Of a DNA stretch of 64,000 nucleotides, positions 60,625-64,000 are shown piece after piece. The stretch covers positions 195,109,345-195,173,344 of the forward strand of contig NC_092374.1 of the NCBI RefSeq assembly GCF_030028105.1. Direction: 5' to 3'. Below the pieces are notes generated by a model. That model ran no database searches. It was not told the DNA's origin and saw nothing but the letters and a program-made list of their open reading frames with translations. A program made the position numbers and the translations under genes. This stretch comes from Mobula birostris. Lineage: Eukaryota. Position 1 is the first letter of the stretch; the number at the start of each line of letters is the position of its first letter.

Positions 60625-60682
60625 GAAATAATAATAATAATAATAATAACAACAACAATTAAAATAATAATAAACTAGCAAT
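60625..60682. repeat. Imperfect (AAT)n/(AAC)n microsatellite within a repeat-derived region
   Basis: Seen directly in the sequence. Confidence 0.85.
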
Positions 60683-61559
60683 AAATATCGAGAACATAAG
60701 ATAAAGAGTCCCTAGAAGTGAGTACATAGGTTGTGAGAAGTTTTCAATGATGGGGCAAGTAAAGCTGAGTGAAGTTATCCACTTTGGTTCAAGAGCCGGA
60801 AGGATGAGGGGTTGCAAAACATGGTGTTGTGAGTCCTGAGGCTCACGTACGTCATTCCCGATGGCAGCAGGGAGAAGAGAGCATAACCTGGCTAGCGGGG
60901 GTCCTTGATGGTGGATGCTGGTTTTCTGCGACAAAGTTTCGTGTAGATGTGCTTAATAGTGGGGAGGGCTTTATCTGTGATGGACTGGGCTGTATGCAAA
61001 AATTATTGTAGGATTTTGAAGGGCTTTGAAGGGCATTGGTGTTTCCATATCAGACTGTGATACAGCCAGCCAATATACTCCCCACTACACACCTACACAG
61101 AAGTTTTTCAAATGTTTAAATGTTATGAATGTAAGAATGTTAAAAAAAAGTTTTAAAAGTTCAGTGTTGAGAGGAATATTGATCATTATCAAGGGTGTAG
61201 ATAGTTCAGATAGAGCGTACCTTTAATATCTGAGGGAAAACCTATTTCACAAATAACGTAGTAGGGGCCCGGACCTCATTGCCTGAGTAAGTACTGGAGG
61301 TAGCACACATTGCGAAATTTAAAACTGGTCGAGGTGTGCATGTTAAGCGCTGTGAACTGAGGGTTTGCCGATCTGGTACTGATTGGGGATTGGGTTGTGC
61401 AGGTTTCTTTTACCCACCGTCTAGGATGTCTCTTTCTGTACCGTAGTTGTTCTAATGCTGTATCAAAACTCTGACTAATTCCAGCATTTTCACCCGTCTT
61501 ATTCTTTGATTTATTTCTGGTTGTATGTCACCGGTTCCGCCAGTTTCCTGGGGACAGAT

Positions 61560-64000
61560 TGTTTAAAAACAAGACCTTCGCGGGCGTTCGGGCATGGCAT
61601 CAAATCAGTCGAAAGATGTGGCATAGGATGGGAAGATATTAAATCCTTGTGGATTGTGGAAAGAAACTGCAAGGGTAAAAGGACCCGGATGACAGTTATA
61701 TAGAGGATTCCCTGCTGGAAGTGGACAACAGATTGCAACGGGAAATAGAAAAGACGTGTCAAAAGGGCAATTTTATGATAGCCATGGAAGATGTCATCAG
61801 GCAGGTCGATTCGGAAATCAAGTTGGTATAAATCTCAAGTGCGTGAGTTTGTTGAATATGCTCACACCCCCTCTGCTTCACAATTTCCTATTTCCTTTTC
61901 CCTCTCCCACCTTATCTGCTAGTCCGCCCATCGGCCCCTCTGGTGCTCCCTCCTCCCCCTTTTTCTTTCTTCCATGGCCTTCTGTCTCTTTCACTAATTT
62001 GCTTCCCAGCTCTTTACTTCATCCTTCCCCCTTCAGGTTTCACCCACCACCTTCCGTTTCTCTCTCCTCTCCCCAACTTCTAAATCTACTCCTCAGCTTT
62101 TTATTTTTGGCCCGAAAGATCGACTGGTTTATTGTCCCAGATGCTGCCTGCCCTGCTGAGTTTATCCAGCATTTTGTGTGCTTTCCTCGGAATTCCAGCA
62201 TCTGCAGATTTTCTCTTATTTGAAAGTTCCTACGATATGGCTATTCAGTGCAGTTTGTTGTTGAGGCGATTAGGGGAATCAGCTGTACTGGATTGGTATT
62301 ATGTAATGAGCCTGAGGTGATTAAGGAGGTTAAGGTAAAAGAATCCTTAGGAGGCAGTGATGACAATATGATTGAGTTCAATTTCAAATTTGATCGGGAG
62401 AAAGTAAAGTCCGACGTAGCAGTATTTCAGCGGAGTGAAGGATATTACAGTGGTATGAGAAGCGATTTGGCCGAAGTAAATTGCAAGGCAATGCTTGCAG
62501 GGATGACAGCAGAGCAGCAATGGCTTCAGTTTCTGGGGAAAAAAGGGAAGTGCAGGATAGATATATTCCCAAAAACGTACTCAAATAGCTAAATAGTACA
62601 ACCGTGGCTGACAAAGCTAATGTAAAAGCAAAGGAGAGGGCACAGAACAAAACAAAAATTACTGGGAAGATCGAGGATTAGGAAGCTTTTAAAAACCTAC
62701 TGAGAACACAAGTAAAAGAATCATTAAGAGGGAAACGATGAATGAAAGTAAGCTTCCAAACAATATCAAAGTGGGTGGTCAAAGCTCTTTCAGGAATTTA
62801 AAAAGTAAAACAGAGGTGAGCGTGGATTGTAGCCCTAGAAAATGAGCTAGGAAAAATAATAACGGGGGACATGGAGAAAGCAGATGAACTAAATACACCA
62901 GTCCTCACTGTGGAAGACACTAGCAGCGTGTCAGATGTTGAAGAGGGTGAAGGAAGAGAAGCGAGTGCAGTTACTATTACAAGGGCGAGTGTGCTCAAAA
63001 TTCTGAAAGAATTAGAGGTAGTAGTTTCTGGATTGTTGCCTGTGCCACGCTGGGTAGAAACAGGAAGATTTGGCAGACTAATGCGTGGCTGAGAAGCTGG
63101 CGCAGGAGGCTGGGCATTGGGATCTCTTTTGGGGGGAGTGGGGTGGTATAGCCTGTTAAAAAGTGACGGGTTGCTCCTGAACCAGAAAGGGACCAATATT
63201 ATCGCGACAAGGTTTGTTAGAGCTGTTGGGGAGGGTATAAACTAATTTCGCAGGGGGTAGGAACCGGAGTTAAGGACTCAGTATAGTACGGATGGTAAAA
63301 AAGCAAAAATAGTTCACAGTCAGACTGTCAAGAAGGCAGCAGGTGATAGGACAAAATTGTAGACAGCAGGGTGATTATCATTGTTTTAGGGATGCAGAGT
63401 TAAAAAATGGTAGCAACTTCAGTACTCAAAGTGTTATATCTCAATGCACGGAGTATAGGAAATGAGGTGGATGATCTTGTTGCAATATTACAGATTGGCA
63501 GGTATGATGTTGTGGTCATCACTGAATTATGGCTGAAGGATGGTTGTAGTTGGAAACCGATTGCCCAAGGTTAGGCGTCCTATTGGAGAGATAGGACGGT
63601 AGGTAGAAGTGGTGGCGTCACTCTGGTGGTAAAGAAATAGAAAGATGTGACATAGGATCGAAGATGTTGAATCCTTTTAGGTTGGAGAGACCCAGGGTAA
63701 AAGGTCTCTGATAGTAGATATATATACCAGCCTCCGACTGTAGCTGTGATGTGGCCAACAGATTACAACCGGCTGTTGAAAAGGTGTATCAAAAAGGAAA
63801 TGTTATGATAGTCATGGGAGATTTCAACAAGCAGGTCAATTGGGAAAATCAGGTTGTTAATGGACTTCAAGACAGTGAGTTTGTTGGATGCCTACGAGAT
63901 GGCTTTTTAGAGCAGTTTGTCACTGAGCCTGCTACCGGATAAGATATATCGGATTGGGTGGTATGCAATAATGCGGAATTGACTAGGGAGCTGAAGATAA
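61560..64000 (+). mobile_element. Decayed CR1 ORF1/ORF2 fragments with a Penelope-type tail at about 61860-62220
   Basis: YLNARS-like sequence at about 63435, IVMGDFN (ORF 63751-63942) and tether fragment 62248-62592. Confidence 0.75.

Overview
Eukaryotic, repeat-dense vertebrate DNA. Most of the window is decayed LINEs: CR1 with an esterase-type ORF1, Rex1/Babar, one L1, Penelope-like pieces, V-SINEs, two solo LTRs and one Tc1. The repeat content suggests a cartilaginous fish, probably a ray (inference, not database-checked). Most ORFs in the supplied track are LINE fragments or antisense noise. Real exons sit between the repeats. (1) A + strand NKp30/NCR3-like activating receptor has a single germline-joined VJ Ig exon (27712-28053) and a TM/tail exon with an intramembrane Lys (30949-31136). 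(2) A convergent - strand inhibitory receptor has an uncharged TM exon (59619-59479), two small phase-compatible cytoplasmic exons and a terminal exon with three repeated ITIM/ITIM-like motifs (43434-43183). Its ectodomain must lie beyond 64000. Together they look like an activating/inhibitory receptor pair arranged tail-to-tail. (3) Between them is a tentative, unassigned - strand gene model (35987-32443) whose largest exon becomes a clean 145-codon phase-0 exon when a Tc1 insertion is removed in silico. The best leader-exon candidate for the NCR3-like gene appears to be an exapted CR1 fragment. All gene models were read by eye from splice signals and reading frame, with no expression or database evidence. 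Repeat boundaries are approximate unless a TSD or TIR is quoted.
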